Positions 1 through 7,214 of a stretch of 64,000 nt of DNA are shown piece after piece. The notes beneath the pieces were generated by a model. That model saw only the letters and a program-made list of their open reading frames with translations. It was not told the DNA's origin and did no database searches. This DNA comes from Gemmatimonadales bacterium. GTDB taxonomy: Bacteria; Gemmatimonadota; Gemmatimonadetes; Gemmatimonadales; GWC2-71-9. Position numbers and translations under genes: made by a program. The stretch is from NCBI GenBank assembly GCA_037189525.1, contig JBBCJC010000003.1, positions 657,314 through 721,313 on the forward strand, read 5' to 3'. Position 1 is the stretch's first letter. Each line of letters begins with the position of its first letter.

Positions 1-1
1 G

Positions 2-619
2 GGCAAGGCCGGCGAGCGGCCTAAGTTCGGCGGGATCATCTATACCGAAAGTGCCGAGAAGGTCGCGTACTTCATCGAGACGGCCAGCCGGGAACGGATT
101 CCCATCCTGTTCGTGCAGGACGTGAGCGGCTTCATGGTAGGCCCCGATGCGGAGCATTCGGGCATCATCCGCGCCGGGGCGCGTTTCGTTGAAGCCATGG
201 CGACGGCGGTCGTTCCGCGCATCGTTCTGACGGTCAATCACGCCTCCGGCGCCGGCTACTACGCCATGGCAGGCCAGGGCTTCGATCCCGATTTCATCCT
301 CTCGTGGCCGACCGGTCGGATGGGCGTGATGGAGGGAGAGGCTGCGATCATGGCCGTGCATGGTCCGGCCATCGAAAAAGCCAAGAAGGCGGGCACACCG
401 CTGCCCGCCGAGGTCGATGCGGCGGTGACCCGGATGCGCGCGGATTACGATCGCGATCTCGATGCGCGCCATGCGGCCGCGCGGGGTCAGGTCGACGCCA
501 TCATTACGCCGGAGGAGACCCGTGACCTGCTCGCCTTCCTGGTCCGCACCTCGGCCAACTTTGCCGGACCCCACATCGGGCCTTTTGTCCTCCCGCCGCT
601 CGATCATGCGGGTGTCTAG
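2..619 (+). CDS. acyl-CoA carboxylase carboxyltransferase (beta) subunit, C-terminal part; 5' end outside window
   Basis: Frame is open to the window edge. The translation ...IPILFVQDVSGFMVGPDAEHSGIIRAGARFVEAM...SWPTGRMGVMEGEAA... looks like the C-terminal carboxyl-transferase domain of propionyl-/methylcrotonyl-CoA carboxylase beta chains. Stop TAG at 617-619. Confidence 0.85.
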   Translation, partial: GKAGERPKFGGIIYTESAEKVAYFIETASRERIPILFVQDVSGFMVGPDAEHSGIIRAGARFVEAMATAVVPRIVLTVNHASGAGYYAMAGQGFDPDFILSWPTGRMGVMEGEAAIMAVHGPAIEKAKKAGTPLPAEVDAAVTRMRADYDRDLDARHAAARGQVDAIITPEETRDLLAFLVRTSANFAGPHIGPFVLPPLDHAGV

Positions 620-3413
620 GCTCTGGACCGGCGCCGCCGTCCTGGCGCTCGGCTGCGCTTCGGCGCCTGTCGAAGCGCCCCGCCCGACGATGGACCCCGG
701 GCGCGTTCCTCCGCCGCGAGTCGAGGTCGCTCCGCCTCCGCCACCTGCGCAGCCTGTCCTGGCGCCGGAAGAGGCGGCTCGGCGCGGGTTGATGCCGCTG
801 GCCTCCACCAACGCCTGGGCGTATCGGCAGAGTCACCCGAGTTATGACGGGCGCGGCGTCCTGATTGGCATCCTGGACAGCGGCGTCGACGCCGCGGTGC
901 CCGGCCTGCTGACGACATCGACCGGCGACCGGAAAATTCTCGATCTGCGCGACTTTTCCGCGGAGGGCAGGGTGGCGCTGACGGCGCCGTCGATCCGAGG
1001 CGATACCATCCTCGTCGGCAGTGTCCGCTTGCTGGGCATGCAACGGGTCGCCGGGATGGTGGCGCCGGCAACCGTGCTGGCCGGCGTACTCCGCGAGCGG
1101 TCCCTGGGCGATCTGCCCGCCGGCGATCTCAACGCCAACGGCAACAACGGTGATACCCTGGCCGTGGTGGTCGGCAAGGCGCCCGACGGCTGGGTGCTTT
1201 TTGCCGACACGGACGGAGACGGCTCGCTGGCGAATGAACGCCCCGTGCGAGACTTCCTGGCCGCGCGTGAAACGTTCGGCTGGACTACCGGCGGTCGAGC
1301 CAGCCCGCTGGCGGTCGCCGTGAATTTCTCTGGGACCGATACGGCGCCGATTCTGGATCTTTTCTTCGACACCAGCGGGCACGGCACCCACGTCGCGGGG
1401 ATCGCGGCGGGCCATACCCTGTACGGCGTCGAGGGGTTCGATGGCGTTGCGCCAGGTGCGCAACTGCTCGGTCTCAAGATTGCGAACAACGCGCACGGCG
1501 GCATTTCCGTAACCGGAGCGATGGTTCGGGCCATCGACTATGCCATCCGGTTTGCCCGCGAACGGCGTCTCCCCCTGGTGCTCAACATGAGTTTCGGTGT
1601 GGGCAACGAGCGGGAGGGTGCTGCTCGCATCGACGCAATTGTCGATTCCGTCCTGGCGGCCAACCCGGAAGTGCTCTTCGCCACCAGCGCAGGTAACGAT
1701 GGTCCCGGACTCTCCACCATGGGGTTCCCGGGGTCTGCCGATCGGGCTCTGTCCGTCGGTGCCACTATTCCGCCAGCCTTTACCGGCGCGGCGACGGGAG
1801 ACGTGGTGGCGTTTTTCAGCTCGCGAGGTGGCGAGGTTGCCAAGCCCGACATCCTCGCGCCGGGTATCGCGTTTTCCACCGTTCCGCGCTGGGACACCGG
1901 TTCGGAAGACAAGAGCGGCACCAGTATGGCGTCGCCGCACGTTGCCGGCGCACTGGCACTGCTGCTGTCCGGGGTGGTCCAGGAACAGCGCACCTGGACC
2001 GCTGCGCAGATCAAGCAGGCCGTCCGCGCCACCGGGCGGCCGATGGCGGGTGCCACGCGGCCGGACCAGGGGGCGGGGCTGCTCGACGTCGTGGCGGCAG
2101 ATCAGGTGCTGCGCAAGCTTCCCGCCATGGCTGCGGTGCGCACCGTGGTGGGCGGCATTCCCGGCGGAGGGGTGTTGCGATTCGTCGAGCCCGGCCGGAC
2201 GCGGGATACCACCATCGGGGTCGAGATTCGCGGGACGCTCGGTGGACGGGTTCGACTCGTGAGTGATGCGGCCTGGCTGGTGGCGCCGCCGACGGTCCAG
2301 CTGACACCGCCAACGACGCGCTTCGATGTCGCCGTGCGCACCTCGTCGATTCGCGGTGCCGGCGTGATGAACGGCGTCATCACGGGGTGGGCGACGGATT
2401 CGACCATTGGCCCGCTCTTCACCGTGCCGGCCACGCTCGCTTCACCGTTCGTGATTCCGGATACCGGGCTCTTGGTCCGCACTTCGGTGGCCGCCGGCGC
2501 AGCGCAGCGGATCATGGTGCCCGCCGATTCCGGTCGCCCGTTCCGGGTGGATGTCACCACGGCCGCGGCGGGACAGGAAGTGCTGGCATTCCTGCACGAG
2601 CCGGGCGGGCAGCCGTTTCGGACCGACAATGGACGCCGCGGCGGACCGAGCCCGCAGGCCGCCAGCTACGAACTGGATGGGCGCGAGGTGGCGACCGGCA
2701 TTTATGAAGTGATTGCCGTTGCACCTCCCGCCGCAGGGGCTACCGTCGAGATGCGGGTGGTGCGGGCGCCGCTGGCGCTCGGCGCTGTCCGCCTCCGCGG
2801 CGATAGCATCGCGGCCAGCTTGACCAATCCGACCGCGGCCACGGTAACCGGCACGGCCATGTTTGGTCTGGTAGGTGCGGAGCGTGGGGTGGTCTTCAGC
2901 CAGCGCGGGTCGGCCGTCCGCCGCATTCCGGTTCGGATCCCGAGTTGGGCGCGGCGCATGGTGGTGCAGATGCGGATGCCCCGGGAACAGTGGCCCGCCT
3001 TTACCGATCTCGGTCTCAGTGTGGTCGACCGGGACGGTAGCATCCTGGGCCACGACCCCATGAACTATGCGTTGGGACAGGTCAGCATCGAGTTGGACGG
3101 CACCGCCGGCGATCGTGATGTCGAGGTCGTGTTGTTGCCCGGTCTGGCGGACCCGGTAGCCGAACCTACCTGGAACGCGGCGATCTCGATTCGGTTCTAT
3201 GCCGAGTCGCCCGTGCTGGTCGAGATTCCGGCCGGAGCGGAATTCGGAGTCGAACCCGGTGCCACGAGCTCGATCCGCTTCCCGCTCGGCACGATTCCGT
3301 GGCCGTTGGGCGACGGTTTCTTCCCGCTGGCGCAGCTGGTCGTCGATGTCCGCGGCGAGTTGTGGGGCAACGAGGTGCGTCTGCCCGTGCCGACCGGGCC
3401 GATCATGCCATGA
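606..3413 (+). CDS. S8 (subtilase) family serine peptidase, tripeptidyl-peptidase-II-like, predicted lipoprotein
   Basis: ATG 606, inside the longer 462.. ORF, gives a lipobox signal MRVSRLWTGAAVLALG|C. Triad motifs are GILDSGVD (Asp codon 876), SGHGTHVAG (His codon 1380) and GTSMASPHVAG (Ser codon 1923). Asp and His are about 168 aa apart. There is a long C-terminal extension. The start overlaps the upstream stop. Confidence 0.85.
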   Translation: MRVSRLWTGAAVLALGCASAPVEAPRPTMDPGRVPPPRVEVAPPPPPAQPVLAPEEAARRGLMPLASTNAWAYRQSHPSYDGRGVLIGILDSGVDAAVPGLLTTSTGDRKILDLRDFSAEGRVALTAPSIRGDTILVGSVRLLGMQRVAGMVAPATVLAGVLRERSLGDLPAGDLNANGNNGDTLAVVVGKAPDGWVLFADTDGDGSLANERPVRDFLAARETFGWTTGGRASPLAVAVNFSGTDTAPILDLFFDTSGHGTHVAGIAAGHTLYGVEGFDGVAPGAQLLGLKIANNAHGGISVTGAMVRAIDYAIRFARERRLPLVLNMSFGVGNEREGAARIDAIVDSVLAANPEVLFATSAGNDGPGLSTMGFPGSADRALSVGATIPPAFTGAATGDVVAFFSSRGGEVAKPDILAPGIAFSTVPRWDTGSEDKSGTSMASPHVAGALALLLSGVVQEQRTWTAAQIKQAVRATGRPMAGATRPDQGAGLLDVVAADQVLRKLPAMAAVRTVVGGIPGGGVLRFVEPGRTRDTTIGVEIRGTLGGRVRLVSDAAWLVAPPTVQLTPPTTRFDVAVRTSSIRGAGVMNGVITGWATDSTIGPLFTVPATLASPFVIPDTGLLVRTSVAAGAAQRIMVPADSGRPFRVDVTTAAAGQEVLAFLHEPGGQPFRTDNGRRGGPSPQAASYELDGREVATGIYEVIAVAPPAAGATVEMRVVRAPLALGAVRLRGDSIAASLTNPTAATVTGTAMFGLVGAERGVVFSQRGSAVRRIPVRIPSWARRMVVQMRMPREQWPAFTDLGLSVVDRDGSILGHDPMNYALGQVSIELDGTAGDRDVEVVLLPGLADPVAEPTWNAAISIRFYAESPVLVEIPAGAEFGVEPGATSSIRFPLGTIPWPLGDGFFPLAQLVVDVRGELWGNEVRLPVPTGPIMP

Positions 3414-3580
3414 CGATTCAGAAGTTCCGGATCGGTCTCGCGCTGGCCGGCTTTGCGCTGGCGGCGCTGGGGGTCGCGCTGGGCAATCGCATCATTATCT
3501 GGATCGCGATGGCGGTACTGATCGTTTCCCTCCTGATCCGCATCTACCTGAGGGGTGAACCGCCGAATCGGCGCCCATGA
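3410..3580 (+). CDS. small hypothetical membrane protein (56 aa, two hydrophobic helices)
   Basis: ATG 3410 overlaps the peptidase stop (ATGA). Sequence MTIQKFRIGLALAGFALAALGVALGNRIIIWIAMAVLIVSLLIRIYL... No recognisable family. Confidence 0.45.
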   Translation: MTIQKFRIGLALAGFALAALGVALGNRIIIWIAMAVLIVSLLIRIYLRGEPPNRRP

Positions 3581-3644
3581 ACCGGCGCTCCGCTGGCTGA
3601 CGCTGCATCGGTGGAGCGCCCGGACGCGTAGGCGGCGCCTGTTC

Positions 3645-3908
3645 TCATATAGCGATCGGCTGCTCGTTCACCCATGGTTTCGGCAGCGACAATGCCCCAC
3701 TCACTCGATCATAGAACGTACGTTTGTCGATGATGCGATCGGTATCGCATGACGACGGATGCACCGACTGCATACACCTTCCGCGTTCTATCTCGAACCA
3801 TGCTTCGTGATTCCAGACCTCGAAACCCAGCTCCGATCCGACCTGTAGGGGGATGAACCTCCATCCGAGCTTGAACCGTCTCTAGCTGCGGACAGCCTCC
3901 TGAGCCAT
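3645..3908 (-). pseudogene. possible decayed small ORF interrupted by an in-frame TAG (function unknown)
   Basis: My own minus-strand translation reads MAQEAVRS*RRFKLGWRFIPLQVGSELGFEVWNHEAWFEIERGRCMQSVHPSSCDTDRIIDKRTFYDRVSGALSLPKPWVNEQPIAI*. ATG is at 3906-3908, the in-frame TAG at 3882-3884 and the stop at 3645-3647. It lies in a visibly AT-richer gap (two 60-nt lines counted at 53% and 57% GC). Confidence 0.2.
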
Positions 3909-3916
3909 CAGGTCGA

Positions 3917-4852
3917 TTGTCACGGAACGTGATTTGTGACGGGGCTTCGTGTGACTATCTCGCGGTACCCAGAGTCGTAACACATGTGAAGGCTCGACCA
4001 ATCATATGCGAGGCCTGCGGAGCGCCAGTACGTACCGTTCTGCTTGGCACCGAGCGTCTCGAGCGGTGTCCGAGCTGCTCGCATCTGCAGCGCCCTGAGC
4101 CGGCGGCGGCCGCGTCGATCCGGACTCATGCCTGGGGCGGCGATGCCGGGCTCGACGTCGTGCGTCTCGCGCTCTGCTGGTTCCGGATGCGGGCGGGGCT
4201 CGCGTTGCCGGAGCGGGCCCGCGTGCTCGAAATCGGCTTCGGTGCCGGCGCCCTGCTCGCGCGGTTCCGGCGTGCCGGGTACGAGGTCGCCGGGATCGAG
4301 CCCGGCTGGCTGGGTTGTGAGCTCCATCCCGAGCTCACCGGCATAACCGAGCTGCGCTCGGGACGCGCTGAAGACCTCCTCGACGCCGCCGCCGCGTTCG
4401 ATGCGATCTATGGCATCCACGTCATCGAGCACGTCGCCATGCCCGCCGAAGTGTTCCGCCGGTCACTACGTGCCTTGCGGCCTGGTGGACGGCTCTATTT
4501 GCTGACACCCGATGCGGAATCGCAGAGCCTCGCGTGGGCGGGGTGTCACTGGTGGAACCTCGAGGACCCGACGCACATCCGTTTCTTCTCGGCCAGCTCG
4601 ATCACGCGCATGCTCGAAGCGGCCGGTTTCCGTGACGTCCGGGTACGCCGTCCTTGGCTCGACAGCGTGATCGTCGAGCCTGCAAGCCTGGCGCGCGCCA
4701 TCCTGGCCCGACACCGCACCACCCATGGCATTCTTGGCCACCCGGTGGGCCGCTTGCTCACGGCCTCGTTCCTGCCGGCCACCGTGCTGGCCCGGCTCGT
4801 CCTTCCGCGTTTGCGCCCGACCCTCGAGGTCGTGGCCGAGCGTCCTCGCTGA
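3917..4852 (+). CDS. class I SAM-dependent methyltransferase with N-terminal CxxC...CxxC zinc ribbon
   Basis: SAM-binding motif VLEIGFGAGALLARF...EVAGIEPG and LRPGGRLYLLTPD. N-terminal CEACGAP...CPSCSH. The start is uncertain: TTG 3917 or in-frame GTG 3986. Confidence 0.75.
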   Translation: MSRNVICDGASCDYLAVPRVVTHVKARPIICEACGAPVRTVLLGTERLERCPSCSHLQRPEPAAAASIRTHAWGGDAGLDVVRLALCWFRMRAGLALPERARVLEIGFGAGALLARFRRAGYEVAGIEPGWLGCELHPELTGITELRSGRAEDLLDAAAAFDAIYGIHVIEHVAMPAEVFRRSLRALRPGGRLYLLTPDAESQSLAWAGCHWWNLEDPTHIRFFSASSITRMLEAAGFRDVRVRRPWLDSVIVEPASLARAILARHRTTHGILGHPVGRLLTASFLPATVLARLVLPRLRPTLEVVAERPR

Positions 4853-4877
4853 AGGCCGATGAACATCCCTCGTGCCG

Positions 4878-4899
4878 CTCCCGAGCTGGCTCTCGGGAG
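4878..4899 (+). terminator. hairpin between methyltransferase and recQ (possible terminator or attenuator, no U-tract)
   Basis: Perfect 8-bp stem ctcccgag (4878-4885) / ctcgggag (4892-4899) with a 6-nt loop. It sits 26 nt after the methyltransferase stop. Confidence 0.25.
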
Positions 4900-4971
4900 G
4901 CGGCGGTCGACCGGACCTTATTGCGTTCGTTGGGTTACCGCGGACACGTCCGGACGTTCTATGCTGTTGTC

Positions 4972-6354
4972 ATGTCCGCGTCGACACTCCATGAAGTGCG
5001 CCCAACCCTCGATGCCGCTCGTGCCGTGCTGGAACGGCACTTCGGGTACTCGCAGTTCCGGGCGCCGCAAGAACGGGTCATCCGCTCGGTGCTCTCCGGT
5101 GCCGACACCCTCGGCATCCTGCCGACTGGGGCGGGGAAGTCCGTCTGCTTCCAGGTCCCGGCCATGGTGCTGGGCGGCGTTACCTTGGTGATCTCGCCCC
5201 TGCTCGCGCTGATGCAGGACCAGGTCGACGCCGCGCGGCAGCGTGGGTTACCGGCCCGGTCGCTCAACAGCCTGCAGACGAAGAGTGAACAGGATGCAAC
5301 GCGGCGCGAGCTCGCGAACGGGAGCTTGCGCCTCCTCTACGTGGCCCCCGAGCGCGGCAAACGGCTTTTGGAAGAGCTGGCGCAAGCCGGGCAACATGTT
5401 TCGCTCCTCGCCGTCGATGAAGCCCATTGCATCGCCGAGTGGGGGCCCGACTTCCGACCCGCATATCTCGGTCTTGGTAAGCTGCGCATCGCACTTGGCA
5501 GTCCCCAAGTCGTAGCGCTCACGGGAAGCGCCACGCCCGAGGTCCGTGTCACGATCAGCCGGCTCCTCGGCCTGGGCAGCCGACACGGTGGCGCCTACGA
5601 CCGCCACGTGGCTTCGTTCGATCGCCGCAATCTCTGGTTCGGGGTCATGCCGGTGGGCGATCAGCGCGACCGTCTCCGCAGGCTGCTCGAGCTCATCGCC
5701 GGGGCGGGAGGGTCCGCCATCGTCTACGGTCCCACGCGGAATACGGTCGAAGCGCTCGCCCGCGTGCTGCGTGAGCGCGGCTGGCGGGCGCGAGCCTATC
5801 ACGCCGGCCTCACCAAGGAACGTCGGGCCGAGGTGCTCGATGCTTTTCTAACGGATACCGTGGACGTCGTTGCTGCGACCTGCGCCTTCGGGATGGGCAT
5901 CGATAAGCCCACAGTTCGGCTCGTGGTGCACTGGACCATGCCGCCTACACCGGAGTCGTACTATCAGGAGGCGGGCCGGGCCGGACGCGACGGCAATCCC
6001 GCTCGCTGCATCCTCCTTCACGGCCGGGGTGATGCCGAGCTGCCGACTCGCGCGCTCGAGGTGACCTTTCCGCCGCGCAAGCTGATCGAGGCAGCCAGTA
6101 CCCACCCCGCCCGCCTCGCCCGGCTGCCGCGCAACGTCGCGGCATCGATCGAGCGCCTCCAGCGCGAGCTGGCCGGCCGGGACCTCGCAACCCAGTGGCG
6201 CCGTATCGACGGCCGGCGCCGGGCCGCGCTTGCCCGGATCGCAGCCGTCGAAGCCTACGCCCGCCAGCAGCGATGCCGCCGGGCGGCGCTGCTCGATTAT
6301 TTCGGTGAGCGGCTCGTCCGTTGCTCCGGATGTGACGTCTGCGCTACCCGATGA
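4972..6354 (+). CDS. recQ: ATP-dependent DNA helicase, RecQ family, short form ending at the Zn-binding motif
   Basis: ATG 4972 lies within the longer 4654.. ORF. Motifs are LPTGAGKS, VDEAHC, ATCAFGMGIDKP and YQEAGRAGRDG, plus the C-terminal Cys cluster CRRAALLDYFGERLVRCSGCDVC followed immediately by the stop. Confidence 0.9.
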   Translation: MSASTLHEVRPTLDAARAVLERHFGYSQFRAPQERVIRSVLSGADTLGILPTGAGKSVCFQVPAMVLGGVTLVISPLLALMQDQVDAARQRGLPARSLNSLQTKSEQDATRRELANGSLRLLYVAPERGKRLLEELAQAGQHVSLLAVDEAHCIAEWGPDFRPAYLGLGKLRIALGSPQVVALTGSATPEVRVTISRLLGLGSRHGGAYDRHVASFDRRNLWFGVMPVGDQRDRLRRLLELIAGAGGSAIVYGPTRNTVEALARVLRERGWRARAYHAGLTKERRAEVLDAFLTDTVDVVAATCAFGMGIDKPTVRLVVHWTMPPTPESYYQEAGRAGRDGNPARCILLHGRGDAELPTRALEVTFPPRKLIEAASTHPARLARLPRNVAASIERLQRELAGRDLATQWRRIDGRRRAALARIAAVEAYARQQRCRRAALLDYFGERLVRCSGCDVCATR

Positions 6355-6381
6355 TAGCGTGCCACCGGATCCGGTCGGTCT

Positions 6382-6604
6382 TCAGCTCGTCGTCGCGAGC
6401 AGTCGCTTCGCCAGCCAGTCGGCCGGCAGCCCGAGTGTCTCTTTCTCGACGGCGAACGACGGTAGCTGCGTATGTGGGCCCGGGAAACCGTCCCGATCGT
6501 ACACGAAGAGACGGCTCAGGTTGTCGTTCTTGATCCCGTTTGAAGCTGGAAGGTGAGGATCGACCGCGGTCGTCCATGCGCAGCACGGCGGTGCCGCGCC
6601 AGCG
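6382..6604 (-). pseudogene. decayed 3' extension of the 6605-7087 gene (repeat motif continues past the stop, needs a frameshift)
   Basis: Directly after the TGA at 6605-6607 the same frame reads RWRGTAVLRMDDRGRS. A shifted frame, open to the TGA at 6382-6384, reads NGIKNDNLSRLFVYDRDGFPGPHTQLPSFAVEKETLGLPADWLAKRLLATTS*. Both segments repeat the h-L-x-h-x-D-x-x-G motif seen inside the upstream CDS. Confidence 0.35.
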
Positions 6605-7087
6605 TCACGGCTCCACCCGCCGGGCGAACGTGGTGTCGGGCGGCCCGGCGACCCCGAACTGTATCGGGACGCCGGTGCGCGGCACGATCTCGACCCGCGC
6701 CGCCTGCACCACGTCGGTCATCCGGAGCGCAGGCCCCCTCGCATCGGATGCGTTGAGGGTAGCGACCGGCTCGCCACGGCCGTTTACTAGGAGCAGTCCC
6801 GGGACACCGCCGGGTGCGATCCCCACGTCGAGCCGCATCTGCCCGGTCGAGTCGTACATCGTGAGCGCCACGCCGTCGTTGGTCAGGCCGAACATTCCGC
6901 GGGTGCGGCCCTGCTCATCCTTGGCAATCCAGAGCCGGCCCTCGACGATCGGATCGGTCCGGCGGAGCAGGGTATAGCCGAGTGCCACGGCGGCTGTGAC
7001 GAACGAGAGCAGCGTAATGATGCGGAGCCGGACGAGCCGCTGCTCCATTGCCCTGAGACGGGCGTCCAATGCTTCGGAATCGGCCAC
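6605..7087 (-). CDS. hypothetical membrane-anchored protein with short beta-type repeats
   Basis: N-terminal helix followed by a TM segment (IITLLSFVTAAVALGYTLL). Repeats follow: LWIAKDEQGRTRGMFGL, ALTMYDSTGQMRLDVGI, LLLVNGRGEPVATLNA, ALRMTDVVQAARVEIV. No family recognised. Confidence 0.55.
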   Translation of the reverse strand: MADSEALDARLRAMEQRLVRLRIITLLSFVTAAVALGYTLLRRTDPIVEGRLWIAKDEQGRTRGMFGLTNDGVALTMYDSTGQMRLDVGIAPGGVPGLLLVNGRGEPVATLNASDARGPALRMTDVVQAARVEIVPRTGVPIQFGVAGPPDTTFARRVEP

Positions 7088-7192
7088 GACAGCGCTCCGG
7101 GTACGGGTTTCCCGAAGCTAACGAGCCCCTGGAGCAAATCCGAGTCTGCCGGCGCTCCAGGTCACCGACGTAGCTATATTTAATCCGCGCCT

Positions 7193-7208
7193 CATTTGGC
7201 CATTTGGC
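7193..7208 (+). repeat. perfect tandem 8-mer catttggc x2 just upstream of the acyl-CoA dehydrogenase start (candidate operator)
   Basis: catttggc at 7193-7200 and again at 7201-7208. It overlaps the self-complementary ttggccaa. An AT-rich tagctatatttaat lies at 7171-7184. Confidence 0.3.
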
Positions 7209-7214
7209 CAAGAG

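Noticed and set aside
462-605. The upstream part of the 983-aa ORF, as a longer start for the S8 protease.
   Set aside because: It lies entirely inside the conserved 3' end of the carboxyltransferase gene in another frame. ATG 606 yields a textbook lipoprotein signal peptide.
4853-4971. An SOS (LexA) box upstream of recQ. I also checked upstream of radA at 33774-33778.
   Set aside because: No CTGT-N8-ACAG, GAAC-N4-GTTC or GTTC-N7-GTTC type palindrome is visible. radA has essentially no upstream gap. The only structure is the 8-bp hairpin already listed.
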